NCBI GenBank assembly: GCA_043228905.1
Contig: JBHGNT010000022.1
Location: forward strand, 4,216,001 to 4,280,000
DNA from: Azolla caroliniana
Taxonomy: Eukaryota; Plantae; Polypodiophyta
Reading direction: 5' to 3'
Length of the DNA stretch: 64,000 nucleotides
The stretch's first letter is position 1; every line of letters starts with the position of its first letter. The notes below the pieces were generated by a model. It had not been told where the DNA came from and ran no database searches. It worked only from the letters and a program-made list of their open reading frames with translations. Below are positions 1-13,500 of the stretch, one piece after another. Made by a program: the position numbers and the translations under genes.

Positions 1-1282
1 CAGGTCCGTTGTTTTCTCGATTTTCGAGCTTAACTGGAAGGTCGAGACCTTGGCCTTCTCTTGAATGGGTCCGCTCCAGGTGTCATACCTCCTCGAAGGG
101 CCCGCTCCTCCGTTTTTTCCGGCCCGCTTATCGTCGACCAGAACCTTGTAGTTCTGGCACGCGGCTTCCACAAGGCTGATACTTTCCTCAACCGGGTCGC
201 CCCATCCACTGACATCGCGTACTCGTTTTTCCGCACGGTCAGCTTCTTCCTTCTTCAGCCTCCTTTCGGAGAAGGTTTCCAGTACCACCGGCCAAAACCT
301 TGGGCTTGTATCGGCATTAACTCCCTTTCCAACTACACGAATGTTGGCCGAGGCCGAGTAGTGGATGGCCTCGACGTGCCACGCCACGGCTTCCTCCATC
401 AACCTCTTCATGCCGCCTCGTCCGGGGTTTACTTCAAGCATTCTCCATTTGTCGCTTGCGTGCACCCTGCCATTCCAAAGGTACACCACGTTGCTCCTGA
501 GTGATTCACGGAAGTCGGCACAATCTCTCCAGGCATGGCCGAGGGCATCACACTATATGCACCTTTGGTTGGCCAGCGACTACCGGTCACGGGGCTGGCC
601 TTCTTCTCCCCTTCAGGCCTGAGCGATCTAGAGATCGTGCACAATTTTTGTCAGCGCTTCTAGAGTCGCACCCCCGGACGGTCCCGCGACTACATTCGTC
701 GGGGTTGGACCTGACTTGAGCCACCTTCTCGTTTCTTCTATTCGGGTTGGTGCCGGCTCAACCCTCGTTTTGACAGTCGATCCGACTGTGGAGGACCCCC
801 TTTCTTTCCAGTCTCTACGCTTGTCAATCCGGCTCTGGCTACACACCCCTTTGACCATGGCCCAGTCAACCGTGAGTCCGTCGTTCGTCTCTAAAAGGAG
901 ACCCACATTATCGCGGTCGAGCAAGTCGAACAACTAAACAAAGAGCAGAACCTTGCTCGTGTCAAGCACGGTCCGGTCAAGTATGGAGAGCCGCACGAAC
1001 CGCGACTCAAACTCTTGAAGGAGAGTCGATGTGTTCCGACGTTTGCCAAGGCTATCAACCCAATCCATGAAACGCGGTCAGTTGTCTATCCTCCAAAATG
1101 TTCCTCATCTGCATCTCGGACTTGTAGACCTCCAGGTAACTCGTGACATCTTTCCCACTGAACCGGCCTATCTTGTCAATCGTCGCCTCTATGGCCCTGT
1201 CAAGGGCGCTCGTGCCCTCACGAGTGCTAACCAGGCTGTCTACAGCCACCGCCATTGCTTCGGCGAGTACGCTCCCTCTCAT
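1..1282 (-). pseudogene. gag: gag (capsid plus CCHC zinc knuckle), disrupted by stops and frameshifts
   Basis: Fragments in ORFs 1055..1282, 628..933 and adjacent frames; CX2CX4HX4C motif with an internal TAG. Confidence 0.7.
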
Positions 1283-1303
1283 CTTGAGATTCCTTTTCTG
1301 CCT

Positions 1304-1321
1304 TTCACGTCGGGTTCACCA
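1304..1321 (-). promoter_or_regulatory. Primer-binding site complementary to the tRNA-Trp 3' end
   Basis: + strand TTCACGTCGGGTTCACCA equals the recalled 18-nt 3' end of plant cytosolic tRNA-Trp(CCA); lies 4 nt from the LTR terminus. Confidence 0.8.
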
Positions 1322-1943
1322 AAGATGTCGCGGTATTCCGTGGATGTGTAGAAACAGGGCAGGACCATAGGGGTCTTGAACTAAGGAATCAAGAAAAGAG
1401 GAAGGGGCCCGTGCGTCGCGTACACACAAACACCACGAACCAACAAAAAGGAGTAGGAATGAGGTGTTCGTAGGTGTCAGAATCAATGTAGTAGGCGAGA
1501 ATGGCAACACAAGAACGACACAGTAGAAAGACAATGCAAACAACGAAATATGTTATCACTGGTAGTTAGGACACGCGCATGAAGCGCAAGGGATACAACC
1601 AGTCAGATCCGGGAATAGAGCTTCCAGCTCTAGAACAAACACATGAAAAAGAGGACCTTCTGGCCCAGAGCGCGCGAGCATCTAACGCGAGCCGAGGGTT
1701 CCTTCCAGAGATTGGTCGTAGAGGTCCTGCAGAGAATGGATGAGCGAGCTCCTTCCCCCTGTTTGGCAGCGTCCTCTTTCTTCAGAGAAAAAGAAAAAAA
1801 GAAAAACCCCCCTTTTATAGCACAAGGAGCAACCGTTACACTTGGTTTAATGACCTACAACAGATTCAAGTGGAACTTCCCACTCATCTACAAGAAGCTA
1901 AAGTAATGCAGACAAATATAATGCAGATCGGTGTCGACTTCCA

Positions 1944-2700
1944 TGTTATTATGATGTCATATAAAGACTACTAGACTATGTGCCAAATTGGATTATCAAC
2001 GATTAGGCCATTATGTGATGAATGCAAAAATCAATGATGTAACCTTTCAGCTTGATCTTTCCCCATAATTGCAATTATATCCAGTATTTCATAGTAACTC
2101 TATCTTGGAACCATCCTAATTGAGTTCTATTCCAAATTGTACTATGCCACCTCCACCTCTTGTTGAACTTGAAGATCAACCAAAGTACAAGGTTGTTGCT
2201 ATTCTTGATTCCAAGATTTGTTCGCAACAAGCTATATTATTTGTTCAATTGGCTAGGCTATAGTCTGAACGACCACACTTGGGAATCAACGAAGAATGTT
2301 TCAAATGCTTGAGCCCTTCTTGAGGAATTTCATCAGCAACACTCAAGCAAACCATGTCCTCAACTAAGGACGACTCATAATACTCGTCGTTCAAAGAGGG
2401 GGATAGTGTCATGAATATTGTCCAAAGCATTGAACTTGTGACCTTACGATACACTTATCAAAGCCTTACTATTGGGATGATCATTATAATACATATTATA
2501 TAATTATCCTCAATTATTTTAGTTAGGTTCTTGAACTTTACAGAATAATCTAGAAAATGCATGAATATTCCTGAATACTTTGGGACATTCTAGAAAATCC
2601 AAAAATACTCCTGAAACCCCTATAATTAAGGGCATATTGTATTACTCAAAACCTATTCGCTTCAATGCCAGTCTTAAGCCTCAAAGGTATTCCTATATTT
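1944..2700 (+). mobile_element. Decayed 3' end of a Tcn1-like chromovirus: integrase C-terminus, classical chromodomain, PPT and start of 3' LTR
   Basis: Broken frames read HIKTTRLCAKLDYQRLG...PVFH...PPPPLVELEDQPKYKVVAILDSKI...YYLFNWLGYSLNDHTWEST...LLEEFHQQ; PPT AAAGAGGGGGA at 2393-2403; LTR starts TGTCATG at 2407. Right LTR end uncertain. Confidence 0.75.
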
Positions 2701-3129
2701 GTATTTTTCTTTTTTAGAATATATTTTTATTTGATCATATATGGATGGTCATCGATCGCGTGCTGAAAGCATTTGGGTCGAAGTATGGCTTTAAGATTGA
2801 GCGACAAATCGAATGTTGCCAGAAATTCCAGTAATGCTATACGGAAGGAGGAGACTCACAAAATGGTGGAAGTTAACAAAGCTTTTGCGACCCATTTCCA
2901 TTAGTTTCAGGCTTGTTCCAATCCACAATCTTTTGATTGTGGGTTGGAACCGAGGCATGGCATGTACAGAGAAGGCGTGATGTTATCTTTCCCCTTGAAA
3001 AGCTAGGCTTGGTATCCCTTCCACCACACTTCGCGTTCATGGTATCTACATTCAACTTTGCCTTAGAGACACGACCAAAGTACCCCCAAGGATTGGTTAG
3101 GCTCAACACCTGTCATGACATGCTCTGGT

Positions 3130-3242
3130 CATTAGTATTTCCTCAAAGATTATGTGTTGTGGCGGTTATCCTTTGCGTTTGGAATGACAAGCCATTAGTA
3201 TTTCCTCAAATTTTATGTGGTGTCGTGGTTATCCTTTGCGTT
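3130..3242. repeat. Two-copy degenerate tandem duplication (~62-bp period)
   Basis: CATTAGTATTTCCTCAAA...TTATGTG..GT....GGTTATCCTTTGCGTT occurs twice. Confidence 0.8.
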
Positions 3243-3799
3243 ACCGACCTTATTACTTCCCCCTAAATACTAGTATATATATTTCCTTTTTTAGCATGCA
3301 TGAAACCTCGACCCAGTTTACATATAATAATAGGTCGGTTTGTCCTTAATTCCTAGATATACTGAGTCATCTACTCGTGTCGCACTATCTATGTGTGTGT
3401 CTCGAGATCCTGATACACAAGTCACACTTGATTTAATACTTCTAGAAATTGAGATTAAGTACCATCTGACTTTTATGGGAGATAGTTTTTTGGCTTCTTA
3501 AAAGAGCTCTATAGTTGCAAAACCTATTCCCATAAAGATAGTGAAGGTATTTCTAGTTCATGTACATACTTATTGGTATAGCTTTCATTTGATGTATCAT
3601 CCCAAAACTCGAGGCAAAGCCCTTTTGTTTCTATTGCCATGAATTCGTTTTCTAGGCACTCTTAATCTATAAAAGTGAGAATGTCTTCTAATTGGCTATC
3701 ATAAGTCATAGCTACAAGAAAGCTTGATACATTAACATTAGCAAAAGGTATTCAGTTTAAATTATTTTTATTGAAGCAAAAAGAAATACAAAATTCAAA

Positions 3800-4232
3800 A
3801 ATGGTTTGCGCTTATTAGCTGCCTATGAGGGCAATTGGACGAGGTTTGCAGCCATTCCTCTAACGTGGATACTGCTCGTTTGCGCTTTTGGCAGAAATGG
3901 CGAAACACGCCTATGGTGAGACAAGGAGGAAGTGGCCTGAGGTGGAACTACCAGCCCCCACGCTGGCTGTTTCCGGCTCACTTACCACCCTCCCTCTGTT
4001 GTCGACCCCAAGAGTTGTCTCATACTAGCCATCACTACAGGGCACTATTTTAGCTATAGGTACTTACACTAAGTAATCCGTCCGAAAGGCGATGTAACTA
4101 GTCTCAATTTCTAGAACTTGATCGGAGGGGGATTCCCCGATCTATGCTTAAGCCTCCGTGTACAGTCTCTTTGTAATAATCTTACCTAACTAATGGGAAA
4201 GTAGCTTCATTTTGGGAAAAGAAAAAAAAAAT
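3800..4232 (+). mobile_element. Probable 5'-truncated L1-type LINE 3' end (ORF2 C-terminus, 3' UTR, poly-A)
   Basis: GC-richer island with Trp-rich terminus RFWQKWRNT...LRWNYQPPRWLFP and A-tail at ~4217-4232; no convincing TSD. Confidence 0.4.
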
Positions 4233-7200
4233 GAAATGAAATGAAATTTAGGTATTTATTTATTTACAAGAAGAACAAAGTGCACAATAGCGTTTTTGAA
4301 CATGATTGCTAAAATGTATTTGAAACTGCACTTGCACCCTTCTTCTTCGTGTATATAATCAAAGACTCCCTTTTCATTCAATTTCTAGTTCAATATTATC
4401 TTTTGTTTCAGTCTTGATAGTTTGCGCCACAATGATTCAATAATATTGGAGCCTTCCTTTATACAACAAGTGCCCCTAACTTTGTGCATGCTTGCAACCT
4501 AATTTGAATGCATGCTTGCATCTTGGCTACCAAGCATGTTCCCTATTTTCCTATCATGCAAGATGTTACAATAACTATCATGCCAAATAGTAAAATGATT
4601 ATCATATGCAATACGATAATGCGAAAGGGGTTCTTTATCAAATTGTCAATATGGAGTGCTACAACCAGTACATTAACTAAGTTTTGTGGGCACCTTGTAC
4701 TAAGAGGACTTTAGTTGATGGCTTGCCATAAGATCCCCACAAGATTTTTTGTGTTGTTCTACACTACTTTACAAACAACAAGAGTTTTAGGCTACAAGGT
4801 TTGGAAACACTAGATGGCCCGCAAGGTTAGAGAAATGATTATATGGTCTAGACTTTTTTTTGTCACACAACTTCTTTTTCTTTCCCATAAGTTTCCTTAT
4901 ATAGCTCATTTTTTGTTTGTTCGTAAGAGTAAGACTTCTCTTACCACTATAACTCATTCTACATTGGCAACACTCTTTGCTCGCCATCGATTCCTCTCTC
5001 ACTCTTTCTCTCTAAATCAATTTTCGTCTCTTTTAACACTTTGTTTTACTAACTCAATCTCCCATCAAGTATCTAAAACAATTGTCTTCACTCTCCATTA
5101 TATTTTCCCTCTCCTTTATCCTTCCTCCTCTCCCTAAAAAAATCTTTTTCTTCTCTGTAATCTCATTATCACCTATCTAACTCGTTTTCATCGCTCTATA
5201 CTCCATGTCATGTCCATTAGCTTATGTTCATTTCAATTCTTTTCATTAATTTTGTTCTCTCTAAAATTATTTCCTCTCTTGACAAATCTGCATTCTTGTC
5301 TCTTGCATACCCTTTTCCTCACTTGAAACCTCCCTTTCCTTTGTCTAGCTAGAACACCTTTTCTCCATCCCCTTGCCTTGGCCCTTCAAGTTTTGAATGA
5401 ATCAATATTTTATTATATAACTTAATGTTACCACTGTCGTATTTTGTACTTAAAAAAAATCTTCACTTTTTATTATTATTGTGAAATAGTTCAACTTTAC
5501 CACATTCGTCAGAACTGATATGTTATGTCCTTAGATTATTGAATTGCAACCTATAACTTTGATTGTACAACTACTCAAAACAAGCTTACACAAATATAAT
5601 TATGGATCTCCTCAATTTATATAATGTCCAATTCTAGATTAGTGCCTTGACTAAAATTAAATTGGTTTCATGATCCATCGTGTGTATTTGAATGCAAATC
5701 TAATTTGTGTCAACCTGCTTTATATCAAATATCTTTTATATTTGATGGTATCGTTTTTCAAATATGGCTTGCTTCAATACTAAATGTACAACTTATCTTG
5801 TTAGGGGAATTCCTCTCCTTTGTCAAAGTGGAAATCGACATTCCATGTGAAACTTAATACTCTATTCTCGTGTGTATATATGTATTGCATATATCTTCTA
5901 CACCTAATATGTCAATTCCTTGCTTTTAAAGAGAACTAGCTTAATAAAAGAACATGAACATGCTATTATCATATTCAATCTTTGTGTCTTTCCTAGTGCA
6001 AAAGGAGAAAATACAAAAGCAAAAACTTGACCACATATTCCGAAGTAATATGTTATGTTCTAACAATGTTCTCGATATATTAATGTTTACTTCCCCATCC
6101 AAAAGAGGTGTCATTCATACTAATAAACCTTTTAAACATACAAAAGTAGTCACCTAGACACATGTTGAATGAGAAAAGAGTACGCCAATATTCATGAAAA
6201 TCTACACATAAGGGGTTTCTTTTCATAGGGTTTAACGCATGTGGGAGAGAAGATTTAAGCATAGTGACTCTTACGAAGTTTCACAACCGTAAAAAAAAGG
6301 ATGTGAAAGGGAGGGATAGCGAAGATTAAATATGTAGATTCTATTTGATTTCTCAACTCTTTTTCGTTGCATGATAGAATTAGAGGAGACAATGGATCCC
6401 TATCCATGTGTACATATCTATAAATTATTATCGACATGTATCATAGCTTCTCAATCTCCAAATTCATGATAGCAAAGGAGAAGAATGGGACCCCTATTCT
6501 CCCATATGGTCATACAACAAAGCTATTGTTGGCAGGTATCATAGCTTCTCAATACCTAAAAATCATATAACCACCATTTGTGTTTATAGGAACGACACAT
6601 TTCGACATGTACGTAAAGTATACCGCTCTTTATGCATGGCCTTAGAAAATGAATGTCATTTTCTTTTAAAACCACTCGAAAAAATTCATCATGATACATG
6701 CCTACTTTTACATAATTTCTAGCCATTACCTAAATTACTAGTTTCCTAATACCTAGATTCATGATATAACACCATTTCTATATCGCCGATTGAAACATCT
6801 TGACATGCACATAAACTGTAGTGTTTTATAAACACCCATGTTAGAAGATTGATTTAAATTTTTTGTTAGAATCTCTTCAAGATACATGTCTATTAACATG
6901 GACAAGTTGTTCATGCTTATGTAAGGTATAGGAATACCTAAAATCTAGATATAATTGCGATTTGTGCGTTCGGTGCCTTATCACTTGAAAGTCTTTTCAC
7001 GAAATAATCATAATGCCATTTCATCTACATATGCAGTCGTCGGCGCATTTTCAATGAAAATATCCATTTTACTACATGGGCAATTAATTTTGCCTAGTTT
7101 TATGTAACATTATACATCTTACGACATTAACACAAATGTAATGTACTGCGAAAGTGTTGCATGATCTTGATCATTGTTTTATGCATATCAATGTTTCAAT

Positions 7201-7568
7201 ATGGAGTATCACATGATGGATTTCAAATTTTTAATCGTGTATTTGGTATTGTTTTGGTTGAAATGCAATATCATGCATTTCCATGACCAAGATGTGGATA
7301 CCATCATATTAGGGCCATCCTATGATGAGCTTAATTGTGAGTAATACTTAAAAAGAAACATCATGCATGTCCATCAACATAGATAGAACATGTTAATATG
7401 TGCCTCCAAGCATGTATCCAATTCAAAGCCTTCTTGCAATTTATGCTCTATCACATAATAAATAACCAAAGGCATGTATGAATTCTCTATCTTTGTCTAT
7501 GATTCTTTTTCTCTTCGAAGGCCAACTAGTCATATTAGCCTCATACCATTTGAACCTAGGAGACTATT

Positions 7569-7680
7569 TCTTTAATGTCGTAGGTATGTACATGTTCCAA
7601 TCCTCAATAAGGACACTCTTTGTCTCTCTTTAATGTCGTGGGTATGTACATGTTCCAATCCTCTCTCTCTCTCTCTCTCT
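7569..7680. repeat. 37-bp direct duplication followed by (CT)n
   Basis: TCTTTAATGTCGTRGGTATGTACATGTTCCAATCCTC twice, then (CT)~10. Confidence 0.8.
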
Positions 7681-8196
7681 AAACAATAGGAAATTGGCAA
7701 GTGTTCATCATTGCACATGTTTCATATAAAATGTCCTACGGATCAAGTTAAGCCTCTAGTGATGCCAATATCGTACTTTAAACATTGGAAGAAAGCATGA
7801 ACCGTGTGTAAAGTTGAGTTTAAACAAATAAATAAATAAAAGTCATAACAAATATGCCAAGGAGTGAAATGTCTTGGAGAAGAAGTTGAGTTTAAACCAT
7901 AAAAAGTCGCAATGAATATATTTCCATGAGTCACGAAAGGTTCGGAGAAGACGACGAAAAGTGCTGAGAGGAGATGAGGGATAAAAAGGAAGGGGACGTA
8001 CGAGACAGGGTCAAAATCACGAGCCCTCTCATTGGGGACCATTGTTCCGAGGTCGATACTAATATGGGGGGGCCTAAGGGGAGACCAAGCGACAAACTGA
8101 CAGACAAATATGGGGAGAGTGTCAATCTTGAAAATTTAAGGCTTGTCGACACAAACTTGTTCAGTTTCGGAGGGTCACATTACCCCTAGGGGCACC

Positions 8197-8321
8197 CATC
8201 CATCCATCCATAACATACATAACATAACATACATAACATACATAACATACATAACATACATAACATACATAACATACATAACATACATAACATACATACA
8301 TAACATACATACATACATACA
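8197..8321. repeat. Compound microsatellite (CATC)n / (CATAACATA)n / (CATA)n
   Basis: Directly visible tandem units. Confidence 0.95.
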
Positions 8322-8867
8322 ATATAAATATGTCTCCTTGGCATATTTAGATGTTAAGGTCATAGAAGTTATATGCAAAGGATCCCATAACAAATTGACT
8401 TGTTTATAATCATTCAAGGTGGTTTTTTGGGTTATGTCAATTAATGGGTTTTAGCTTCCATGGCTAAATGATCATTAAGCAACATAATCATTGTATCCAA
8501 AGAGGCTTTGCATCAACTCTAATCATCATTACTCAAGAAACATGATAATTAGGCTAATCTCCATTGCATGCTTTTGCATTGCTTTGTTCCTGGCTCTATC
8601 AATACTCCTTCTTGACTCCTTCAATAGTGGCACTAGAGGTGAGTAAAAGTATTTAATTCAAATTTTTCCTTTTGATTTTAGCTTTTTAAGTTTTGCTCAT
8701 AATTTGGTTGCTTTCCATGGTGGTTCAGCAAATTCTTCATCTTCAAGTGAAGAAGAACCATTATTGTCACCACAACTGAATCTTCATTCACATGTGGAAG
8801 ACCTTCCGATGATCACACAGAATATTCATGATCAGGTTAGAGGATTTTATATTTGCTAATTTAATTT

Positions 8868-9430
8868 GCTTATTAGTGATTAGTGATTGGTTTATTAGCT
8901 TATTAGTGATTAGTGATCAGTATATTGGTGATTTGGTAATCGGTTAATTAATGGGTTAGTCATTTGTAATTAGGAATCAGTCACCAGTCATTACTCATCG
9001 GTCATTAGTCATTAGACATTAGGCATTAGTCACTGATCACTGGTGATTGTTGATTAGTGAGTAATGATTTGGTGAGAAATGATTATCTGGTTAGTAATTT
9101 GGTGTGTAGTGATTAGCTGATTAGTAATCGGTTGGGTGGTGATAAATAATTAGTGTTTGGTTGATAGGGATTGAAGAGTAGTAATTAAGGGATTTAGTGA
9201 TTAGTTGATGAGTGATTAGAGATTAGTGACTGATGTCTAGTGACTAATGTGATTAGCGATAAGTGATTTGTAGTATCTGAATTGGCGATTAAGGATTAGC
9301 GATTGGTGATTGTTAGTGTATAAAAAGCAATTAGTAATTAGCGATTACTCATAGAGGATCGGTGATTAGTTATTACCCAGAGATGACTAATTATGAGTGA
9401 TTACTGATATAGAGATTATGATTTAGAGAT
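8868..9430. repeat. Degenerate 7-bp minisatellite, consensus ~(TTAGTGA)n
   Basis: Recurring TTAGTGA/TTGGTGA/TTAGTCA/TTAGCGA units over ~560 bp. Confidence 0.85.
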
Positions 9431-9552
9431 TGTACCTATGTAATGGATTGAAATTATATTTTTCAAGGATCTGAGGCTTGATCAATATAATTGGGAGAAT
9501 CTGCGGAATATAGCGACGGCGAGGAAACTACTAGCAATGGAATCTAGTGAGG

Positions 9553-9660
9553 ATCGGAATCAGAATCAGAGCCAGAAGCAGAACCGTCATCGGAATCTGA
9601 GTAGGAGTCGAAGCCGGAATCGAAGATGGAATCGGAATCGGAATCGGAATCGGAATCCAT
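9553..9660. repeat. (GAATCG)n hexamer repeat
   Basis: GGAATCGGAATCGGAATCGGAATCGGAATC plus degenerate flanking copies. Confidence 0.9.
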
Positions 9661-10031
9661 CAATGATTGCAGTAAACAAGCGAGTATTGAATCATGGGCA
9701 GTCTCTAAAGAAGGAGGAATCAAAGGGTTTGGTGGATGAGTCAGCGTCGTTCCATGTGGACTACAGTGGTCCCAAGACACACCCGCCCAAGAACAACTAA
9801 CAAATCATGTAATTAAGGAAGTAATTAAGGATGCGATTAGCACTAATCACCCTAATTATTTAGATTGATTTATAAAAATACAAAAAAATAAAAAAAACAA
9901 TTGTGAATTGCTTACTAATCACTTGCTAATTACAAAATCAATTCCTTTCTAAAAGATTGAGGGTTCTATTTTGTGATATAATCATATGGGAAAGGAAAAT
10001 AAAAGGACCCAATTTTGTGATTAAACCATAT

Positions 10032-10506
10032 TGTCGAGGTCGAATAAGTAAATAAATTTTACACTCCGAGAAAACTCCAATGTCCGGGGAAAAACCTGTG
10101 TGGGCAGGCGGGCGGGGCGGCCTTGGGCTCCCGAGATGTGGTCAGAGTATGTGGACCCCACGAGACACACTCACAATGAGATGGAGAGAGTTACAATGTG
10201 AGTGTTAGTGTCTCGACCCGAGAGACACCAGGTGCCGACACAATATAGTTTCTTGTATCCTCAAATCTCATGGGATACACATTAGACCCTATCCACAAAG
10301 AAGCTATAGAAACAAGCCAATCTTATTCCTGTAGGTCATGTCAGTCGGTGGTGGGGTGTCGGAAACAAGGAAAGTCGTTCGATCGCAAACTATATAATAT
10401 AATGATGCGGCACCTCGTGATATATATCTAACCCTCTCTGGCCTCCCCCCAAAGAAAGAAAAGAAAAGTAAGAAAGTGCCTGTCAAGCATAACATTTCGC
10501 GCGACA
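10032..10506 (-). mobile_element. Solo-LTR-like segment (Copia-type)
   Basis: Bounded by TGTCG...CGACA; contains GAAAACTCC...GGGAAAAACC, similar to the motif in the element E LTRs; flanks CATAT/CGAGT do not form a TSD. Confidence 0.4.
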
Positions 10507-13500
10507 CGAGTGTTGCATGTCACCTCATGGAACAGACCCAAATTGTTGGAACTTGGTTCACCCAAGTCTCTCCTAGGCTATACATTGTACATGTTGTTGT
10601 TAATAAGGAGGTCTAGTGGACCCCTTCAAAAGCAAAAACAAGTTGAGCTTCATGGTTAGGACAAGTGGTGTTGTACAAGCATATCATGTGAGTGCCTCGG
10701 AAATCGGAAGCCAATTGTTGGAATAAGGTAGTCACCTCCAACATGGGGGGACCCTAAATAGCCTTTCAAATGAAAACAATAAGTCTCAACATGATTGTGG
10801 CAAGTGTCAAACTTCCACATGCGAGTTGTAACAAAGATATGCCAACTCTTACCTAATTTAAATTGATGCTATTAAAAATTAGGGTAGCCCCTTGTAGCTT
10901 CCGGAAAAATTAACATATTGTATTACTTGTAAGTACATGGAGACAAACCAATTATTGGAATAGTGAAGCAAACATATATTGGGCCAATGTAAACATTATG
11001 GATTGTAGTAATGGAATGTGTGTATGTTTCCGGTGCATATTAGTGTATCACTAGAACGAGGAATAATCAGTAGAATAAAATAGTCAGGAATTGCAAAGTC
11101 TAGTATATATGTGAGTTCACGGGCTGTACCAATTCTAGTGTCGGGCTTTACGAGCAATATAGTACAATGAATGATGTTTGTGTTCGCTCCCTTAATGAAA
11201 TTGTGCCATGAACATACTAACATTAATATCAAGGATTTATCAAAAGAGTCTATTATTGATTGATGACCACACTTCCACTATTGAGTATGATTTTATAACA
11301 TTGCTCTAGTTTGAACAAATATGAGGCCACTCCATTATGTTAAACAGTATTGGCGAAGCTATTCATCTCAAAAGTAGTAGTCTAACATATAATGTGGATG
11401 TGTGAGGTGTTCTTAACCGTACTTAACTTGGTCTCACCAAGTAAATGGTATAGTGTATTATGAAATTGGCATTAATTACTCAACTAAATCTCACAAAATT
11501 AGAAATCTAGGTTCCGTGGGAATAAGATTTATTCTCGAGTGTGGACCAAAGGAATAAAGCAATTGAAAATAGTTCAACCTATATTCAAATTGCGTAACAC
11601 AATATTTGCAATAAATGACCATGTTAGGCACACCACAAAACAATACTTAAGAGAATGTATGACCGCATATAGCCCTCCAAAAAGGAAGGCAATTGTTGAG
11701 ATAGTGGAGCCATATCCGTAATTTCAAGTGTTACTAATAATGGACCCTAAATTAAGCCGCTTGATTATGATTATGTTACATGTGAGGCCCTCAGACATTA
11801 TTTTTTGAAAATGTTAAGCAAATTTGTTGGCGTTTTATGCAAGATCCTAACCTGCTTAAGAAATTATTGAAATATTTTAGGGTGATTGCTTCATTGGGAC
11901 TCTATGGTGAATTGAACCCCACATATTAAACATTTCATAGAAAATCAACAATGTCCTCTATGTTTCATGTTGTTATCTAAAGTGGAGTCTTACTAATACT
12001 TCCATGCATCTAGCCAATGGTTAAGGCATTCAATAGAGTATTGTAGGGTCTAAGCTCAAGGGACGCCTACTTGTTTTACACATGTAGTGGAACATGCATG
12101 AGCTTGGAAAATGCTCAAGAGTGTTGTATACATCAAACATTTTTACACTAGCACCAGTGCACCTTGGAGAATGATGAAGGTCAAGTTGATGGCTGACTAC
12201 TATAATAGTTGATGAGTAATCCAAGCCACACTTCATCTAACATGGGTTTTATATGTGTTCTACATATTGGTTCAAATATATTGTGTTGAGTGTTAGACAC
12301 TTGGCTGTTAAGTCGGAAGGTGTAGTGTACCTAAAATAAGGCCAATAGTTGGAAATAGGAACACCAAACATGATTATTAAGGTCTCAAGATGTGGCTTGG
12401 CTATGTAAGGCTAATTATGAGAAATATGCAAAGAACTTTCTTTATGTTGTAGAAAATTACAACGAAATGAGCTTTGATAGGGCCATTTTTGTAAATGTAC
12501 ATGCAAAGTTCATAGTTGATAAAATATTTTTAATATTTTAACAAGTCATATAACATCAAGTATAATTCATAAGCCAAGTACATGAGTATCTTCAGGATGA
12601 TATGGGCGCTAATTCCAAGAACAAAATATCTTAATTGTGTTTGGCATATAGATGATGGTATAGATTCCTTACTATCTTTGACTTTCCTTAACGAATGAGG
12701 CAATCATGTATGTAATAACCAAATCAATCATTTAGGGTAATGATGTGAATATTTTGAATGTTATTGGGTATAACCATGTCAACTATGTAAGTAGATTAAT
12801 GAACATAAATAATGAGCAAGAAACGAATGTGATGAGCTCAACTAATTTAATGTCAATCAACCCCTTTTTACGCTAATATGGATTGGTTTCTTAGAAATTA
12901 AGATAGGAGAGTGATCCCCCTACACACAAGTACCATCAATCAATCTTTTATGGCGACAGAGGATTTTGGTTCTTTGTAATTTCATATTTGTTGTATAAAT
13001 TAATATTATTACTTGGAGAATAGAGTTCTCGAGTCATGTTTATCATGTTTATGTAGCACGAATTATAGTTGTTAGATCAAATGTCATATCAAATTTCAAC
13101 CTATGGTCGAGAGCACATGATTTAGACATTGGATGTGAAAGGGATATTTCACTGTATGAGCATGCTACTATATACCAGGAAAACTCCAAACTCAATCAAC
13201 ATCTTGATCATTTTAATTTCCAAGCTACAATCACATCGTACATTTATTATTATTTTAAATTCCTTAGGCAACTTAAGATTTGATCGATGGTTTTCAGTTA
13301 TAACTAATTTAAATGATACCTCACAACACATGAAAGTTGTACACAAAGAGTTGTGTGCATTTCATCCAAATGCTAGAATCTTCCTAAGAACCTCGACAGA
13401 TTTCTTTAAAAGAAGCAACAACATGTTTGGAGTAGAGCATATAATTCAAATCGTTATATTTTCAAACTTGCTTTCATTTTTTAATCACGTGAAAGTAACT

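Larger units (their letters stand above)
1..1940 (-). mobile_element. 5' part (LTR, PBS, gag) of a decayed Ty3/Gypsy LTR retrotransposon, Phygy-like; continues left of the window
   Basis: Minus strand reads LTR end ...CCGCGACA (1326), TCTT, then PBS TGGTGAACCCGACGTGAA, then gag-like frames (KIGRFSGKDVTSYLEVYK; knuckle C-I-*-C-DALG-H-AWRD-C at ~520-565). Outer LTR boundary (~1940) is approximate, taken from where chromoviral integrase sequence begins. Confidence 0.75.

Noticed and set aside
2873-3266. Host gene exon
   Set aside because: No recognisable domain in any frame; partly a tandem duplication
4300-7500. Coding or structured element in the AT-rich stretch
   Set aside because: Only short ORFs and faint degenerate repeats (~6300-6960); nothing supportable
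8143-8417. ORFs with ITY / MYV repeats as real proteins
   Set aside because: They are translations of the 9-bp microsatellite
8868-9430. Interstitial telomeric repeat
   Set aside because: Consensus is TTAGTGA-like, with no TTTAGGG runs
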